Part shown: positions 17,282 through 28,564 of the stretch, piece after piece
Numbering within the stretch: the stretch's first letter is position 1
Layout: each line of letters starts with the position of its first letter
Notes under the pieces: generated by a model
Told to the model about the DNA's origin: nothing
Database searches by the model: none
The model's input: only the letters and a program-made list of their open reading frames with translations
From: an uncultured delta proteobacterium
GTDB lineage: Bacteria > Desulfobacterota > Desulfuromonadia > Desulfuromonadales > BM103
Assembly (NCBI GenBank): GCA_963715335.1
Contig: CAVQRZ010000006.1
Coordinates: 32,001 to 96,000, forward strand
Direction: 5' to 3'
Length of the DNA: 64,000 bases
Translations under genes and position numbers: made by a program

Positions 17282-17998
17282 TCAGCTCCCGTGAACCAGT
17301 TCGGCCATCTCGCATACGGCCCGGTCAAGCCCGACCAGGACGGCACGCGAAATGATACTGTGGCCGATATTGTATTCCTCGATCCCGCCGAGTGCGAGTA
17401 ACGGTCGGATGTTCTGGTAGTTGAGTCCGTGTCCGGCATTGACGCGCAACCCAAGCTTCCTGCCGGCCCTTATGGACTCTTCAATCTTGGCCAGCTCAGA
17501 TGTCTTGTCCCGCCCTTTGGCCACGCAGTAGGACCCGGTATGGATCTCTATACAATCGGCCTTGACCCGCGCGCTGGCCTTTAGCTGCTCCAGATCGGGA
17601 TCGACAAACAGGCTGACGACGATTCCGGCCTGATGCAGCAGTTCAATCTGCTTGGTCAGGGACTGAACATATTTGGCGACGTCAAGCCCGCCTTCGGTCG
17701 TCAGCTCCTGGCGTTTTTCCGGCACGAGGGTGACATAATCCGGGACGACCTTCATGGCGATGGCCACCATTTCATCAGTCGCCGCCATTTCGAGGTTCAG
17801 AAGAGTCTTGACCGTACGCCTCAGGATCATGACATCCCGGTCCTGGATATGTCGGCGGTCTTCACGAAGATGAACCGTGATACCATCGGCACCGGCCAGC
17901 TCGGCGATCGCCGCAGCAGCAACCGGGTCAGGTTCAACCCCGCCCCGGGCCTGACGGATCGTCGCAATGTGATCGACATTGACTCCCAGTTTTGCCAT
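17282..17998 (-). CDS. pdxJ: Pyridoxine 5'-phosphate synthase
   Basis: [30 protein letters not shown]. Confidence 0.96.
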   Translation of the reverse strand: MAKLGVNVDHIATIRQARGGVEPDPVAAAAIAELAGADGITVHLREDRRHIQDRDVMILRRTVKTLLNLEMAATDEMVAIAMKVVPDYVTLVPEKRQELTTEGGLDVAKYVQSLTKQIELLHQAGIVVSLFVDPDLEQLKASARVKADCIEIHTGSYCVAKGRDKTSELAKIEESIRAGRKLGLRVNAGHGLNYQNIRPLLALGGIEEYNIGHSIISRAVLVGLDRAVCEMAELVHGS

Positions 17999-17999
17999 T

Positions 18000-19367
18000 T
18001 TACGCTCCTGAATCTTCCCCGATGGAGGACTTCACCAACGCGGCAATCTGGTTGGCCATAGCGGTAATTTCGTTCTGGTTCTGCCCTTCCAGCATGATTC
18101 TCATCAAAGGTTCGGTTCCCGAGTAACGGATCAGGATACGACCGGCATCTCCCAGTCGCCTCTCGACATCTTCAATCAGTCCCTGAACATCAGGCAGCTG
18201 GTCGATGGCGCGGCGTTCCCGCACCCGGACATTGACGAGGACCTGGGGCAGCGACTGCATCACCGAAGCCAATCCGGAAAGGCTCTTGCCGCTCTTCTGC
18301 AGGATAGCAAGGATTTGTAGCGCGGTAATAATCCCGTCACCGGTCGAGTTATGTTCCAGGAAGATCATGTGCCCGGACTGTTCCCCACCGAAGCTATAGC
18401 CGTTGCGGCGCATCTCTTCAACAACATAACGGTCGCCGACATCGGTTTTGACGACACGGCCACCAGCCTGGCGCAGGGCGATATCCAGACCCATGTTCGA
18501 CATGACCGTGGCGACGACCGTGTTTTGCGGCAAGGCGCCCCGTTTCAGCATATCGATACCGCAGATAGCCATGATGTGGTCACCGTCAACCTCTTTACCG
18601 TGCTCATCGACAAAGATGCAGCGGTCGGCATCGCCATCAAGGGCAATACCAAGGTCTGCTCCGTGCTCGATGACAGCCTTGGAGATCACCTCCGGACAGG
18701 TCGAACCGCAACCGGCGTTGATATTCGTTCCATCCGGCTTGACGCCATAAGTAAAGACCCGGGCACCCAACTCTTCGAGAACCGCCGGGGCGACCCGATA
18801 GGCAGCGCCGTGAGCGCAATCGAGGACTATTTTCAGACCGGTCAGGTCGAGTTCCCGGGGGAAGGTGTTTTTCAGGAAGACGATATAGCGCCCGATTGCG
18901 TCGTCAACACGGAAGGCTTTGCCCACCTCTTCGGCCGTTGGCCGTAGTGAATCGATCCGCGCCGAAAAAAGCAGATCCTCGATCCTCAGCTCTAGGTCAT
19001 CGGGAAGTTTGAAGCCGTCACGGGCGAAAAACTTGATGCCGTTGTCCTGGTAGGGGTTGTGCGAGGCGGAGATCACCACCCCGGCATCGGCCCGCATCGA
19101 AGCGGTGATAAAGGCAATGCCCGGGGTCGGTAAAGGCCCGACCAGCAAGACATCGACTCCCATGGAACAGATCCCGGCTGCCAGGGCGTTTTCGATCATG
19201 TACCCGGAGAGGCGGGTGTCCTTGCCGATCACAATCCGGCTGCGCCGGTCATCATGTTTGAAGACATAAGCTGCGGCACGCCCAAGCTGCATGGCCATTT
19301 CCGTGGTCATGGGATGTTTGTTGGCAATGCCGCGCACCCCATCAGTACCAAAAAGCTTTTTGCTCAT
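18000..19367 (-). CDS. glmM: Phosphoglucosamine mutase
   Basis: [34 protein letters not shown]. Confidence 0.96.
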   Translation of the reverse strand: MSKKLFGTDGVRGIANKHPMTTEMAMQLGRAAAYVFKHDDRRSRIVIGKDTRLSGYMIENALAAGICSMGVDVLLVGPLPTPGIAFITASMRADAGVVISASHNPYQDNGIKFFARDGFKLPDDLELRIEDLLFSARIDSLRPTAEEVGKAFRVDDAIGRYIVFLKNTFPRELDLTGLKIVLDCAHGAAYRVAPAVLEELGARVFTYGVKPDGTNINAGCGSTCPEVISKAVIEHGADLGIALDGDADRCIFVDEHGKEVDGDHIMAICGIDMLKRGALPQNTVVATVMSNMGLDIALRQAGGRVVKTDVGDRYVVEEMRRNGYSFGGEQSGHMIFLEHNSTGDGIITALQILAILQKSGKSLSGLASVMQSLPQVLVNVRVRERRAIDQLPDVQGLIEDVERRLGDAGRILIRYSGTEPLMRIMLEGQNQNEITAMANQIAALVKSSIGEDSGA

Positions 19368-20083
19368 TGTTTCTTTTTCTCACTCCCGGCTGCGGCCTGC
19401 CCATCCGACGGTTCTTCTGGACGGGCGGGGACATAATCGGGGTTAGGCTTTAAAACCACTTTGACCTCGACGGTTTTCGTCTCTTTCAGATCCGTATAAT
19501 TGCCAACATAACTGAGGGCTACGGTCTGGGTGAAACTCTCCTGAACGTTGGTGATATCGATCCCCTCGGTCACAACCTCCGAAACCGCCTTGAGTTCACT
19601 CTCCGCCCCGATGATGACAACCCGGTCAGGAGCGGCCTTGACCGATTTGACCAGGAACCTGGGTGCCGGATCACCGGTCAGGACAACCTTGACCGGCACG
19701 CCTCGTTCACGCACCCTTTCCAGCTTGACATCGACATAAGATGGAGATATGCGGGTAATTTTCAGACCACCGGGGATATCAAGAGTTTCATCGAGGCGTT
19801 TGAAAGATGTCACGCCGGCCGATAAACCCTTCAGGTCGACTCTGAGTCCGATGTCTTCCTTGTCAAGGTTTACCTGCAGGGCACGAGGCCCATTGATCCT
19901 CAGTGCGACTGAAGTCGGCACTTCACTGGCAATCATCAGTCCCTCGGGCAGGTTCACGTATTCCAGGGTCACGATATGATTGACTTCCATGCGGCTTTCC
20001 CCCATGACAAAGAACCAGAGCACCACTGCAAAGGCCAGGGAGACAAGTTTCAACAACCAGTTTTCGAATATTTTTTCAACCAT
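19364..20083 (-). CDS. cdaR: CdaR/YbbR-family regulator of diadenylate cyclase
   Basis: [16 protein letters not shown] anchor, two YbbR-like repeats, position between cdaA and glmM. Confidence 0.85.
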   Translation of the reverse strand: MVEKIFENWLLKLVSLAFAVVLWFFVMGESRMEVNHIVTLEYVNLPEGLMIASEVPTSVALRINGPRALQVNLDKEDIGLRVDLKGLSAGVTSFKRLDETLDIPGGLKITRISPSYVDVKLERVRERGVPVKVVLTGDPAPRFLVKSVKAAPDRVVIIGAESELKAVSEVVTEGIDITNVQESFTQTVALSYVGNYTDLKETKTVEVKVVLKPNPDYVPARPEEPSDGQAAAGSEKKKQ

Positions 20084-20085
20084 GG

Positions 20086-20874
20086 CTAACTCTTCTTGCC
20101 ACGCAGACGGCGGGGCTCAAGCAGGCGGTTGAGGACTTTTTTCAAGGTCGCCACTTCCAGGTCGCGTGTGATCTTTCCTCCGACCACGACCGCAATTCGA
20201 CTGGTCTCCTCAGACACCACAATCACGACGGCATCAACCAGCTCAGTCAGACCTATGGCCGCCCGATGGCGGGTTCCGTACTGCGGGCTGACTCTCGGGT
20301 CTTGGGTCAGGGGAAGAAAACACCCGGCCTTGGTGATCAGGCCACGCTGAATGACTACCGCGCCATCATGCAGCGGTGATGCGTGATGAAAAATCGCATG
20401 GATCAGGGCGACTGATGGTTTTGCATCCAGTTCGACACCGATTTCGAGGAAATCGTTGATTCCGGTTTCACGTTCGATGACGATCAGGGCTCCCAGTTGC
20501 TTCTGCGCCAGGGTTGCGCAAGCGCGGCACAATTCATCGATAACCTGGGTTTCTTCACGAAAGGACAGATCGGCAAAAAACGGGTTGCGCCCGACATGCA
20601 TCAGGGCCCGGCGGATATCGTTCTGGAAAATCACGACAATCACCAGGATGATGGATGAAAGGAAGTTATTGAGTATCCAGTTGAGGGTGTAGAGGCCGCC
20701 GACCTGGGACGCGACGTAGACGATCAGAAGGACAGCGAGGCCAATCAGCATCTGCAAGGCCCGCGTGCCCTTGATAAGCAGGATAATCCGGTAAATAATG
20801 AAGGCGACCAGAACAATGTCGAGCAGGTCTAAAACCCACCTGAAATTTTCCAGCATCTCGAACATCCGGAACAC
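20086..20874 (-). CDS. cdaA: Diadenylate cyclase (c-di-AMP synthase)
   Basis: Three N-terminal TM segments; PLHDGA and GTRHRAA catalytic motifs; VSEET; exact start uncertain. Confidence 0.93.
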   Translation of the reverse strand: MFRMFEMLENFRWVLDLLDIVLVAFIIYRIILLIKGTRALQMLIGLAVLLIVYVASQVGGLYTLNWILNNFLSSIILVIVVIFQNDIRRALMHVGRNPFFADLSFREETQVIDELCRACATLAQKQLGALIVIERETGINDFLEIGVELDAKPSVALIHAIFHHASPLHDGAVVIQRGLITKAGCFLPLTQDPRVSPQYGTRHRAAIGLTELVDAVVIVVSEETSRIAVVVGGKITRDLEVATLKKVLNRLLEPRRLRGKKS

Positions 20875-20891
20875 CCTCTCGATAAACCGGG

Positions 20892-21776
20892 TCAGTTACC
20901 GACCCAGGCTGCACCTTTGCAGACTGCCTGCGCCATCCATGCCGCCTCACGTGCCAAAGCGACATCATGCACCCGGAACAACCGGGCCCCTCCAGCATAA
21001 CCCAGAGCGATTGTGGCCAGGGTTCCGGCAAGCCGCTCAGACGGATCATCCTTGCCGAGGACCCGGCCAATAAAACTTTTACGGGAGGTTCCCAGCATGA
21101 CCGGATGTCCGAGCGCGACCAGGTCGGCTGTCCTGCGCAACAGCTCCAGGTTCCCGGCGACGTCTTTGCCGAAACCAATCCCCGGATCAAGCGCAATCTT
21201 GTCTCTGGTGACACCGGCCGATTCCGCAACTTCAAGACTCATGTTCAGGGAGGCGGCAACTTCCGAGAAGAGGTCGGCGTAGCGCGTATCCTGCTGCATA
21301 ACCATGGGCCGGCCACGGGTATGCATGATGATCAGTCCCGCCCCCGCAGCAGCAACCACCCCGGCCATCGCCGCGTCGAAGGTTAACCCGCTTACATCAT
21401 TGACAAAATCTGCTCCTGCGGAGACAGCTTCCCGGGCGACTGCACTTTTCGAGGTATCAATGGACAAAGGCAAGTCGACTTCGCGGCGGAGCCTCTCAAC
21501 GACCGGGATAACCCGATCCAGCTCTTCCTGCTCGGAAACCTGCCGAGCCCCCGGTCGTGTGCTCTCCCCACCGATGTCAAGCAGGTCAGCACCTTCTTCA
21601 GCCATCCTGAGGCCCCGGTCAAGTGCCTGCGGCAGCCCCATGAACCGGCCGCCGTCAGAAAAGGAGTCAGGTGTTACGTTGAGAATACCGACGATGTAAG
21701 GCCGGTCCATGACGAGTGAGCAGTCTCGCCCTAACAGAACAACCCTGGGTTCGGAACCGCCGACCAGGTCTGACAT
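20892..21776 (-). CDS. folP: Dihydropteroate synthase
   Basis: ILNVTPDSFSDGG, GGESTRPG, DPGIGFGK, SRKS, RVHDV. Confidence 0.96.
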   Translation of the reverse strand: MSDLVGGSEPRVVLLGRDCSLVMDRPYIVGILNVTPDSFSDGGRFMGLPQALDRGLRMAEEGADLLDIGGESTRPGARQVSEQEELDRVIPVVERLRREVDLPLSIDTSKSAVAREAVSAGADFVNDVSGLTFDAAMAGVVAAAGAGLIIMHTRGRPMVMQQDTRYADLFSEVAASLNMSLEVAESAGVTRDKIALDPGIGFGKDVAGNLELLRRTADLVALGHPVMLGTSRKSFIGRVLGKDDPSERLAGTLATIALGYAGGARLFRVHDVALAREAAWMAQAVCKGAAWVGN

Positions 21777-23650
21777 CAGGCCTCGTCTACACAGGGGCCT
21801 TCACCCGGGGCAACCGAATCTTTCGCGACGGCAAGATCTTCAACCACAGCTTCGACCACCTCTTCAGCACCGAATATCATGGCCCTGATTTCACTGCCGT
21901 CCATATTTTCACGTTCGAGCAACGCTTCAGAAACCTTGATCAGGGCGTCTTTATGCTGTGAGAGGGTATCCGTCGTACGCTCGTAGCATTCCTCGACGAT
22001 CCGACGAATCTCCTCATCGATCGCCATCGCGGTGGCCTCGCTGTAATTCTTGACGTGCCCGTAATCACGACCGAGGAAGACTTCACCTTCCTTTTCACCG
22101 AAAGCCAGCGGTCCGAGCTTGTCGCTCATCCCCCACTCGCAGACCATCTTGCGGGCAATCGCGGTGGCACGCTCCAGGTCATTCGAGGCACCACTGGTGA
22201 CACTTTCGAAGATCAGTTCCTCTGCCACCCGGCCGCCAAGCAAAGTACAGATCTTGATATTCAGACCGACCTTGGTTTCGTTATACTTCTCTTCCTCGGG
22301 CAGGTACATGGTGACGCCCATGGCCCGGCCTCGCGGGATAATTGAAACTTTGTGCACCGGGTCGGCGCCAGGGGTGTACATCGCCACCAGGGCGTGCCCC
22401 GCCTCGTGATAGGCGGTCACCTTCTTTTCTTCGTCGGTAATCACCATGGAGCGCCGCTCGGCCCCCATCATGACTTTGTCCTTGGCTTTCTCAAGGTCAC
22501 TGCGCGTGACTTCGTTTTTGTTGGCACGCGCCGCAAGCAGCGCAGCTTCGTTGACCAGGTTTTCAAGGTCTGCACCCGAGAATCCCGGCGTTCCCTTGGC
22601 AATGACCTCAAGTTCAACATCCGCGCCCAGAGGCACTTTGCGCGCATGGACCTGCAGGATCTTCATTCGACCGCGAACGTCTGGACGCGGCACCACGACC
22701 TGGCGATCGAAACGGCCGGGGCGGAGCAACGCAGGGTCAAGGACATCGGGCCGGTTGGTGGCCGCAATCAGAATAACCCCCTCATTGGACTCGAAACCGT
22801 CCATTTCAACCAGCAGCTGGTTGAGGGTCTGCTCGCGCTCGTCGTGGCCACCGCCCATACCGGCGCCGCGATGACGGCCAACGGCGTCTATTTCATCGAT
22901 AAAGATGATGCAGGGGGCATTCTTCTTCCCCTGGACGAACAGGTCCCGAACCCGGCTTGCACCGACACCGACGAACATTTCGACAAAGTCAGAACCCGAG
23001 ATCGAGAAGAAAGGAACCCCGGCTTCCCCGGCAATGGCTCGACCCAGGAGGGTCTTGCCGGTACCCGGGGCGCCAACCAGCAGCACGCCCTTCGGAATCC
23101 GGCCACCCAGCCTGGAAAACTTTTTCGGGTCTTTCAGAAATGCGACCACTTCTTCGAGTTCGTCTTTGGCTTCGTCAATACCGGCAACGTCATTAAAGGT
23201 GATCTTGGCCTGGGAATCACTGAGCAGCTTGGCGCGGCTCTTGCCGAAGCTCATGGCCTTGCCGCCGCCAGACTGCATCTGGCGCATGAAGAATATCCAC
23301 ACGGCGATCAACAGCAGGATCGGGCCCCAGGAAACCAGTATTGACATCCAGAAGCTGTGGGTTTCGTCTGGTTCTGCTTCTATGGCGACGCCCTTTTCAC
23401 GCAGCATGCTGATCAGGTCAGGGTCGTCCGGGGTATAAGTCTTGAAGGCGGAACCGTCGCTGTAGGTGCCCTCAAGGTTCGAGCCCTTGATCGTCACGTC
23501 GACAACCTCATCATCTTCGAGGGCTGCCAAAAAGGTCGTATAGGGGACCGGCTTGAGTTCGCGACCCTGCTGGGTCATCATATTGAAAAGCATGATCATC
23601 ACCAAAGAGATGACCAGCCAGAGTGCAAGATTCTTATAAAACTGGTTCAC
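21776..23650 (-). CDS. ftsH: ATP-dependent zinc metalloprotease FtsH
   Basis: Two TMs, [18 protein letters not shown]; likely GTG start at 23650. Confidence 0.96.
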   Translation of the reverse strand: MNQFYKNLALWLVISLVMIMLFNMMTQQGRELKPVPYTTFLAALEDDEVVDVTIKGSNLEGTYSDGSAFKTYTPDDPDLISMLREKGVAIEAEPDETHSFWMSILVSWGPILLLIAVWIFFMRQMQSGGGKAMSFGKSRAKLLSDSQAKITFNDVAGIDEAKDELEEVVAFLKDPKKFSRLGGRIPKGVLLVGAPGTGKTLLGRAIAGEAGVPFFSISGSDFVEMFVGVGASRVRDLFVQGKKNAPCIIFIDEIDAVGRHRGAGMGGGHDEREQTLNQLLVEMDGFESNEGVILIAATNRPDVLDPALLRPGRFDRQVVVPRPDVRGRMKILQVHARKVPLGADVELEVIAKGTPGFSGADLENLVNEAALLAARANKNEVTRSDLEKAKDKVMMGAERRSMVITDEEKKVTAYHEAGHALVAMYTPGADPVHKVSIIPRGRAMGVTMYLPEEEKYNETKVGLNIKICTLLGGRVAEELIFESVTSGASNDLERATAIARKMVCEWGMSDKLGPLAFGEKEGEVFLGRDYGHVKNYSEATAMAIDEEIRRIVEECYERTTDTLSQHKDALIKVSEALLERENMDGSEIRAMIFGAEEVVEAVVEDLAVAKDSVAPGEGPCVDEA

Positions 23651-23713
23651 ATGACCCCCTGAAGCTGAAAACACCATAAAAATGCGGTGTTTGGCGTTGT
23701 AAAATCACTGGGA

Positions 23714-23742
23714 ACTTTACCATACTGGGTTCCTTATCACAA
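23714..23742 (-). promoter_or_regulatory. Putative sigma-70 promoter for ftsH
   Basis: TTGTGA-17 nt (ending TGn)-TAAAGT. Confidence 0.45.
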
Positions 23743-23747
23743 GCCGT

Positions 23748-25115
23748 TTATGACTCATTTTGCACGACTTCGACCCGTAACACAGGTTTTCCCGTGACCG
23801 GTCGCCATCCTTCACATCGGCGTAAACCGAGGACCCATAAAATTTTATCATTGCCGAGCAACAACAATGATTTCTTGCGATCCTCCACGGTGAGCTTGAG
23901 GTCGACAAATAAATCCTGAATTTTTTTCGTTCCGTCCATCCCTGCAGGCCGGAAACGATCTCCAGCCAGGCAATGCCTCAGGGTCAGGGGAAACAGCAGC
24001 TCCGACGCATCGAATTCCACTGCAGTCGGGCCTTCTCCCAGGGCATTTTCAAGCAGCGACAACTGCAACGCACGACCATCAGGGAGCAGATAGTCCCCCT
24101 CTCCATCCAGAACAACTTCAAGGGGATCGACTGTCTCGGGGGCCTGTTTGTACAGCAGAACGTCCTCGTACCGGCAGGCAATCCATGCTCCGGGCAGGTG
24201 CAACTCGCCCTGGGGCGGGCCCGCGCAGACCAGCTGCAGGACACTTGTGACATGGGTTGCCGTGAGACCCTTGAGGTGACCGCGAATTTCATGCAGCACC
24301 GCCCTGACGACCCGACTCGCCAGTGCAGGAGCCATCCCGGCAAGGGCTCCGCGTCGAAGAGAATGGCCGCCGTCAACCCTTGTGCCAACCTCCGCCAGGG
24401 CCCTGTTTGTGAGCTCCGACCAGAAATCCTCGTCCAGGCGCAGCTGTTCACAAAGTCCGGCAAGTTGCCCTGTGATCTTCGGGTTGAAACTTTCCAGCAG
24501 CGGCAACAGTTGATGACGCATGCGGTTGCGGGTCAAGGCATGATCGAGGTTGCTCTCGTCTTCGCGCCAGGCAAAGCCGCCTGCTTCCAGGTAGGCCACC
24601 AGCTCTTCGTGATGAAAAGGCAGCAGCGGGCGCACCATCCGGCCATCGACCTGGCGCATCCCGGCCAGCCCTGCCGTGCCGGCACCGCGCACCAAACGCA
24701 TCAGGAAGGTTTCAGCCTGGTCACCGGCATGATGACCAAGGACAATCAGGTCACAATTGCGGTCCTTCGCGGTCGCATCAAGAAATTCCCGGCGCACATC
24801 CCTGGCAACTTCTTCCAGGTTCCCCTTGCGCTGTCGGGCAATGACCGCCACGTCTCGACGCACCACCGTGACAGGAACATCCATGTCGTCACAGAGTTGC
24901 GTGACAAAACATGCATCTCCACAACTGGCCTCCCGCAGAGCGTGGTCAAGATGCGCGGCTTCCAGGGACAGGTTCAGCTTATCGGCAAGGCCATGCAGCA
25001 GCCGGAGCAGTGCGACCGAATCGGCGCCACCGGAAACGGCAACCAGCAGACGGCTGCCCGCCGGGATGCAGCCGGACTGGAGAAGAGCCTTATGAAACCG
25101 GGCCTGCAGGGACAT
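23748..25115 (-). CDS. tilS: tRNA(Ile)-lysidine synthase
   Basis: AVSGGADS PP-loop, GHHAGDQAET, RPLL, EDESN, RNRMRH. Confidence 0.95.
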   Translation of the reverse strand: MSLQARFHKALLQSGCIPAGSRLLVAVSGGADSVALLRLLHGLADKLNLSLEAAHLDHALREASCGDACFVTQLCDDMDVPVTVVRRDVAVIARQRKGNLEEVARDVRREFLDATAKDRNCDLIVLGHHAGDQAETFLMRLVRGAGTAGLAGMRQVDGRMVRPLLPFHHEELVAYLEAGGFAWREDESNLDHALTRNRMRHQLLPLLESFNPKITGQLAGLCEQLRLDEDFWSELTNRALAEVGTRVDGGHSLRRGALAGMAPALASRVVRAVLHEIRGHLKGLTATHVTSVLQLVCAGPPQGELHLPGAWIACRYEDVLLYKQAPETVDPLEVVLDGEGDYLLPDGRALQLSLLENALGEGPTAVEFDASELLFPLTLRHCLAGDRFRPAGMDGTKKIQDLFVDLKLTVEDRKKSLLLLGNDKILWVLGLRRCEGWRPVTGKPVLRVEVVQNES

Positions 25116-25175
25116 GGAAAATACCTAGCTGGCTTTGCCCTGTTAACGACAGGGAACAAGCCCCGCTGAAAGCGC

Positions 25176-25206
25176 AAAACCCCCTTCCGGGGCTGGAAGG
25201 GGGTTC
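25176..25206 (-). terminator. Terminator-like hairpin after the tRNA pair
   Basis: Minus strand aacccccttcc-agcccc-ggaagggggtttt. Confidence 0.65.
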
Positions 25207-25214
25207 TGTCAGAG

Positions 25215-25291
25215 TGGTGGCGGTGCAGAGATTCGAACTCCGGACACTGCGGATATGAGCCGCATGCTCTAACCAACTGAGCTACACCGCC
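25215..25291 (-). tRNA. tRNA-Met (elongator, CAT)
   Basis: GGCGGTGTAGCTCAGTTGGTTAGAGCATGCGGCTCATATCCGCAGTGTCCGGAGTTCGAATCTCTGCACCGCCACCA; 77 nt, encoded CCA, paired 1:72. Confidence 0.9.
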
Positions 25292-25333
25292 GAAAACCAG
25301 CCGACCGCCAAAACGGCGGCCGTATATTTTATT

Positions 25334-25410
<77 letters not shown>

Positions 25411-25422
25411 ACAGAATTCTGG

Positions 25423-25451
25423 AATTTACCCGTCTACCTTGAGGATGTCAA
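25423..25451 (-). promoter_or_regulatory. Sigma-70 promoter of the tRNA operon
   Basis: TTGACA-17 nt-TAAATT with upstream T-tract, 12 nt before tRNA-fMet. Confidence 0.8.
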
Positions 25452-25466
25452 GAAAAAAACTGTTGC

Positions 25467-26126
25467 CTAACGCTGCCGGACAATCGCCGACAACCTCTCC
25501 TTTTCACGCAGGAAATGAACCGCCTTATCAGCATTTTCACGAGAGGGGAAAGGCCCTGAGAGGACCCGGTGCCAGACGCCCTTTTCGCCGAGATCCGCCC
25601 TTTCGACAAAAACGGTCAAACCATGGGCTTTGAGTCGACCGACCAGCTTGGCAGCATCCTCTCCGGTACGGAAAGACGCGACCTGCACCACAAAGTCGCC
25701 CGCGGACGAAGCCGGTGGTTTGGCCCCGGGCTTCGGTAACGGCTTTGGCGTCGGACTGGCCGGCGCGACGGCTATTTTCCCCACGGTATCGGGACTGGCG
25801 GCCTCTTGTTCCGGAGGCAGGTTGATGCCACTGCCGAGGGGGGCCTGCTTCCCCTTGGGCAGGTTGTCATAGAAAGTCAGCGGCTCAGATTTCACGGCAG
25901 CCGCTTCTTCGACCGGCTTGGGTGGCGGCTCAAACTGAGCGACGGTCGGCAATCTTGAGTTTTCAGTTTCGCTGAGCCCCTCCGCCGCAACGCCACTCTG
26001 CTTACCGTACATGACCCCGATGGAGAAACTGACACCGGCAACGGCCAGAATCAGGATGAAGGCCAGAACGAGCTGTTTTCGTTCAATCCGTCTTTGGGTG
26101 CGTGATACCACCGGCTGCGCCATCAT
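25467..26126 (-). CDS. SPOR-domain cell division protein (FtsN/DedD-like)
   Basis: N-terminal TM, LTFYDNL motif, Pro-rich linker, VQVASF...WHRV.GPF SPOR domain; downstream of argS. Confidence 0.85.
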   Translation of the reverse strand: MMAQPVVSRTQRRIERKQLVLAFILILAVAGVSFSIGVMYGKQSGVAAEGLSETENSRLPTVAQFEPPPKPVEEAAAVKSEPLTFYDNLPKGKQAPLGSGINLPPEQEAASPDTVGKIAVAPASPTPKPLPKPGAKPPASSAGDFVVQVASFRTGEDAAKLVGRLKAHGLTVFVERADLGEKGVWHRVLSGPFPSRENADKAVHFLREKERLSAIVRQR

Positions 26127-26150
26127 CTAAAGATCTCCATAAATTTTTCG

Positions 26151-27809
26151 TTACATACGCTCCGGGGCGTCAACCCCGAGCAAACCCAGAGCATTGGCGA
26201 GGACGATCCGGACACCATTGACCAGGTACAGGCGCGCCCGGCTGACCGCAGCGTCTTCCACCAGCACACGCTGCCGATTGTAGTAGCTGTGGAACTGGGC
26301 CGCAAGCTCCTGCAGGTAGTACACGATCCGGTGTGGTTCACAGCTCTGGGCCGCCCCGACAACCAGATCAGGGTAGCGAGCCAGAAGTTTGGCCAGAGCC
26401 AGTTCCTCGGCAAGGGTCAGGCATGAAAGTTCTGCCGTGCCACGCGCCGGCAAGTCGACGCCCTGCTCTTCTGCTGTGCGATGGATGCTGCAGACCCGGG
26501 CATGAGCATACTGAACATAGTAAACCGGGTTGTCGCTGCTCTGTCGTTTGGCCAGCTCCAGGTCAAAATCCAGCTGACTGTCAGAGCGCCGCAGCAGGAA
26601 GAAAAAGCGGCAGGCGTCCTTGCCCACTTCATCGACTACGTCACGCAGGGTGATGAAATTCCCCGACCTTTTCCCCATCGTGTAAGGCTGGCCGTCGCGC
26701 AACAGGTTGACCATCTGGATCAGCAGGACCTGGAGATCCTCCGGCGGATGCCCAAGGCCAGCCACGACGGCTTTCATGCGTGGCACATAACCGTGATGGT
26801 CAGCACCCCATACATCGATCACCCGGTCGAAGCCACGGTCGAATTTTTCCATGTGGTAGGCGACATCCGAGGCAAAATAGGTCGGGCTGCCATCTGACTT
26901 GATCAATACCCGGTCCTTGTCGTCACCGAAATCAGTCGTACGCAGCCAGAGGGCGTCCTCCTGTTCGTAGGAAAGTCCCATTGCCGACAGCTTGGCGAGT
27001 TCAATTGCCACCATGTTCCGGTCATAAAGACTTTGCTCGCTGAACCAATTGTCAAAAGTGATGCCAAAAGCTTCCAGATCGACAGCTATCCAGCCAAGAA
27101 CTTTTCCCACACCGTAAGAAGAGCACCGTTTGATCGCTTCCGTTTCTTCAAGCTTTACCGCTGCCGGGTCCTCGTCGCGCAGGCTGGCCGCCAGCTCGCG
27201 GATATATTCTCCCTGGTAGCCATCTTCGGGGAAGGTAATCTCATCTCCGTGCAGTTCACGCAGACGCAGCCAGATCGAGCGGCCAAGCGTTGCCACTTGG
27301 TTGCCGGCATCATTGATATAGTACTCGCGTTGCACTTCGAAACCTGCCGCACTCAGGATTGAGGCGACGGCATCACCCACGACGGCACCCCGACCGTGAC
27401 CGATATGCAGGGGGCCGGTTGGATTGGCGCTGACGAATTCAACCTGGACCTTCTGCCCCTTGCCTGCCAGGGAGGTGCCGTAGCCTTTCCCCCTGGCGGT
27501 AATGTCATCGAGCACTTCGTACCAGCAAACCGGCGCCAGGGTAAAATTAATGAACCCGGGGCCGGCAATATCGACCTTATCGAGGAGCGAACTTTCACCG
27601 AGGGCCGCCACCAGGGCCTCGGCAATCTGGCGGGGTGGCTTCTTCTCGGCCCGCGCCATGGTCATGGCCAAATTAGTCGCAAAATCACCGTGGTCGGGAT
27701 TCCCCGGCACCTCGACCTGAATGTCCGGAATCTTGCCGGAGTGCAGGGTGTTGTCATCGAAGCAGACCTGCAAAGCCTTGGCAATCTGTTGTCGTAGGAG
27801 ATCCCTCAT
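26151..27809 (-). CDS. argS: Arginine--tRNA ligase
   Basis: EFVSANPTGPLHIGHGR, GADHHGY, NPVYYVQYAHAR, C-terminal PERM. Confidence 0.97.
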   Translation of the reverse strand: MRDLLRQQIAKALQVCFDDNTLHSGKIPDIQVEVPGNPDHGDFATNLAMTMARAEKKPPRQIAEALVAALGESSLLDKVDIAGPGFINFTLAPVCWYEVLDDITARGKGYGTSLAGKGQKVQVEFVSANPTGPLHIGHGRGAVVGDAVASILSAAGFEVQREYYINDAGNQVATLGRSIWLRLRELHGDEITFPEDGYQGEYIRELAASLRDEDPAAVKLEETEAIKRCSSYGVGKVLGWIAVDLEAFGITFDNWFSEQSLYDRNMVAIELAKLSAMGLSYEQEDALWLRTTDFGDDKDRVLIKSDGSPTYFASDVAYHMEKFDRGFDRVIDVWGADHHGYVPRMKAVVAGLGHPPEDLQVLLIQMVNLLRDGQPYTMGKRSGNFITLRDVVDEVGKDACRFFFLLRRSDSQLDFDLELAKRQSSDNPVYYVQYAHARVCSIHRTAEEQGVDLPARGTAELSCLTLAEELALAKLLARYPDLVVGAAQSCEPHRIVYYLQELAAQFHSYYNRQRVLVEDAAVSRARLYLVNGVRIVLANALGLLGVDAPERM

Positions 27810-27943
27810 AAGTTTACGTCAGTTGCCTTCCGCGCCGGCGTCAGCCCGCTGTTCCTTGCTGCTGTGCAGGGAGCAGGCTACCCAGGGTTCACGTGTTTAT
27901 TCTGTCACATTCCGACTCATTTTCAGGGTTGAAAAAGGAGTGT

Positions 27944-27972
27944 ATGTTAGCGCTGCCCATGCGGGGTGTCAA
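27944..27972 (-). promoter_or_regulatory. Sigma-70 promoter of argS
   Basis: TTGACA-17 nt-TAACAT. Confidence 0.7.
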
Positions 27973-28088
27973 GCGTTCACGAATGAACCAAGCACGCGCC
28001 GCAGCAGGTCGCGACAAAACCTCGGGCACAGCAAAGGCCCACCCCTGTGGTACGAGATGGGCCAGGCAAAAACGATGATAAATCGATA

Positions 28089-28400
28089 TTATTTCCGGTC
28101 CTGAAACTGAAAAACCAGTTCGTCGTCTCGAACCATTCCAAGCTCTGTTCGGGCAACTCTCTCTATGTATTTACGGTCATTCTTCAATGCAGAAATTTCA
28201 ATCCTCAGCTGCTCATTCTGTGCTTCAAACTTGCTGACCTTGTCGGCAAGCTCTGCCTTCTGGCTGGACAATTTCAACATATGCAGAATCCCGCGGTCGC
28301 CGAACAGGGCAAAACCCAGGATCAGGGCCACCAGAGCCAGCGGCCATAAATTGTGTCGCCCCCCGTCAGGGCGTGAAGCTGGAGCAGGGCTTCCCGCCAT
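28089..28400 (-). CDS. ftsB: FtsB/DivIC septum formation initiator
   Basis: TM, FGDRG, coiled coil, YIERVARTELGMVRDDE; start ATG 28400 behind GAGGAG. Confidence 0.88.
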   Translation of the reverse strand: MAGSPAPASRPDGGRHNLWPLALVALILGFALFGDRGILHMLKLSSQKAELADKVSKFEAQNEQLRIEISALKNDRKYIERVARTELGMVRDDELVFQFQDRK

Positions 28401-28523
28401 AAGCATTCTCCTCAGTTCCGGGATTGTTTCATCAAATAGCATGAAAAATCAAGGTTTTTTGCACAAGCCGCGTGATGCCCCTGAAAAGATGGCCGGACTG
28501 TGAAGCAGAGTTGGCGGACAGGC

Positions 28524-28555
28524 AAAAAAAAGGCCTGCCAAACGGCAGGCCTTTT
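28524..28555 (-). terminator. Rho-independent terminator after comEA
   Basis: Minus strand aaaaggcctgcc-gttt-ggcaggcc followed by 8 T. Confidence 0.85.
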
Positions 28556-28564
28556 CGCGATACG

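Noticed and set aside
25215..25291. tRNA-Ile2(CAT), suggested by adjacency to tilS
   Set aside because: The acceptor stem GGCGGTG and overall sequence resemble elongator Met tRNAs rather than Ile2; an isotype-specific model would settle it
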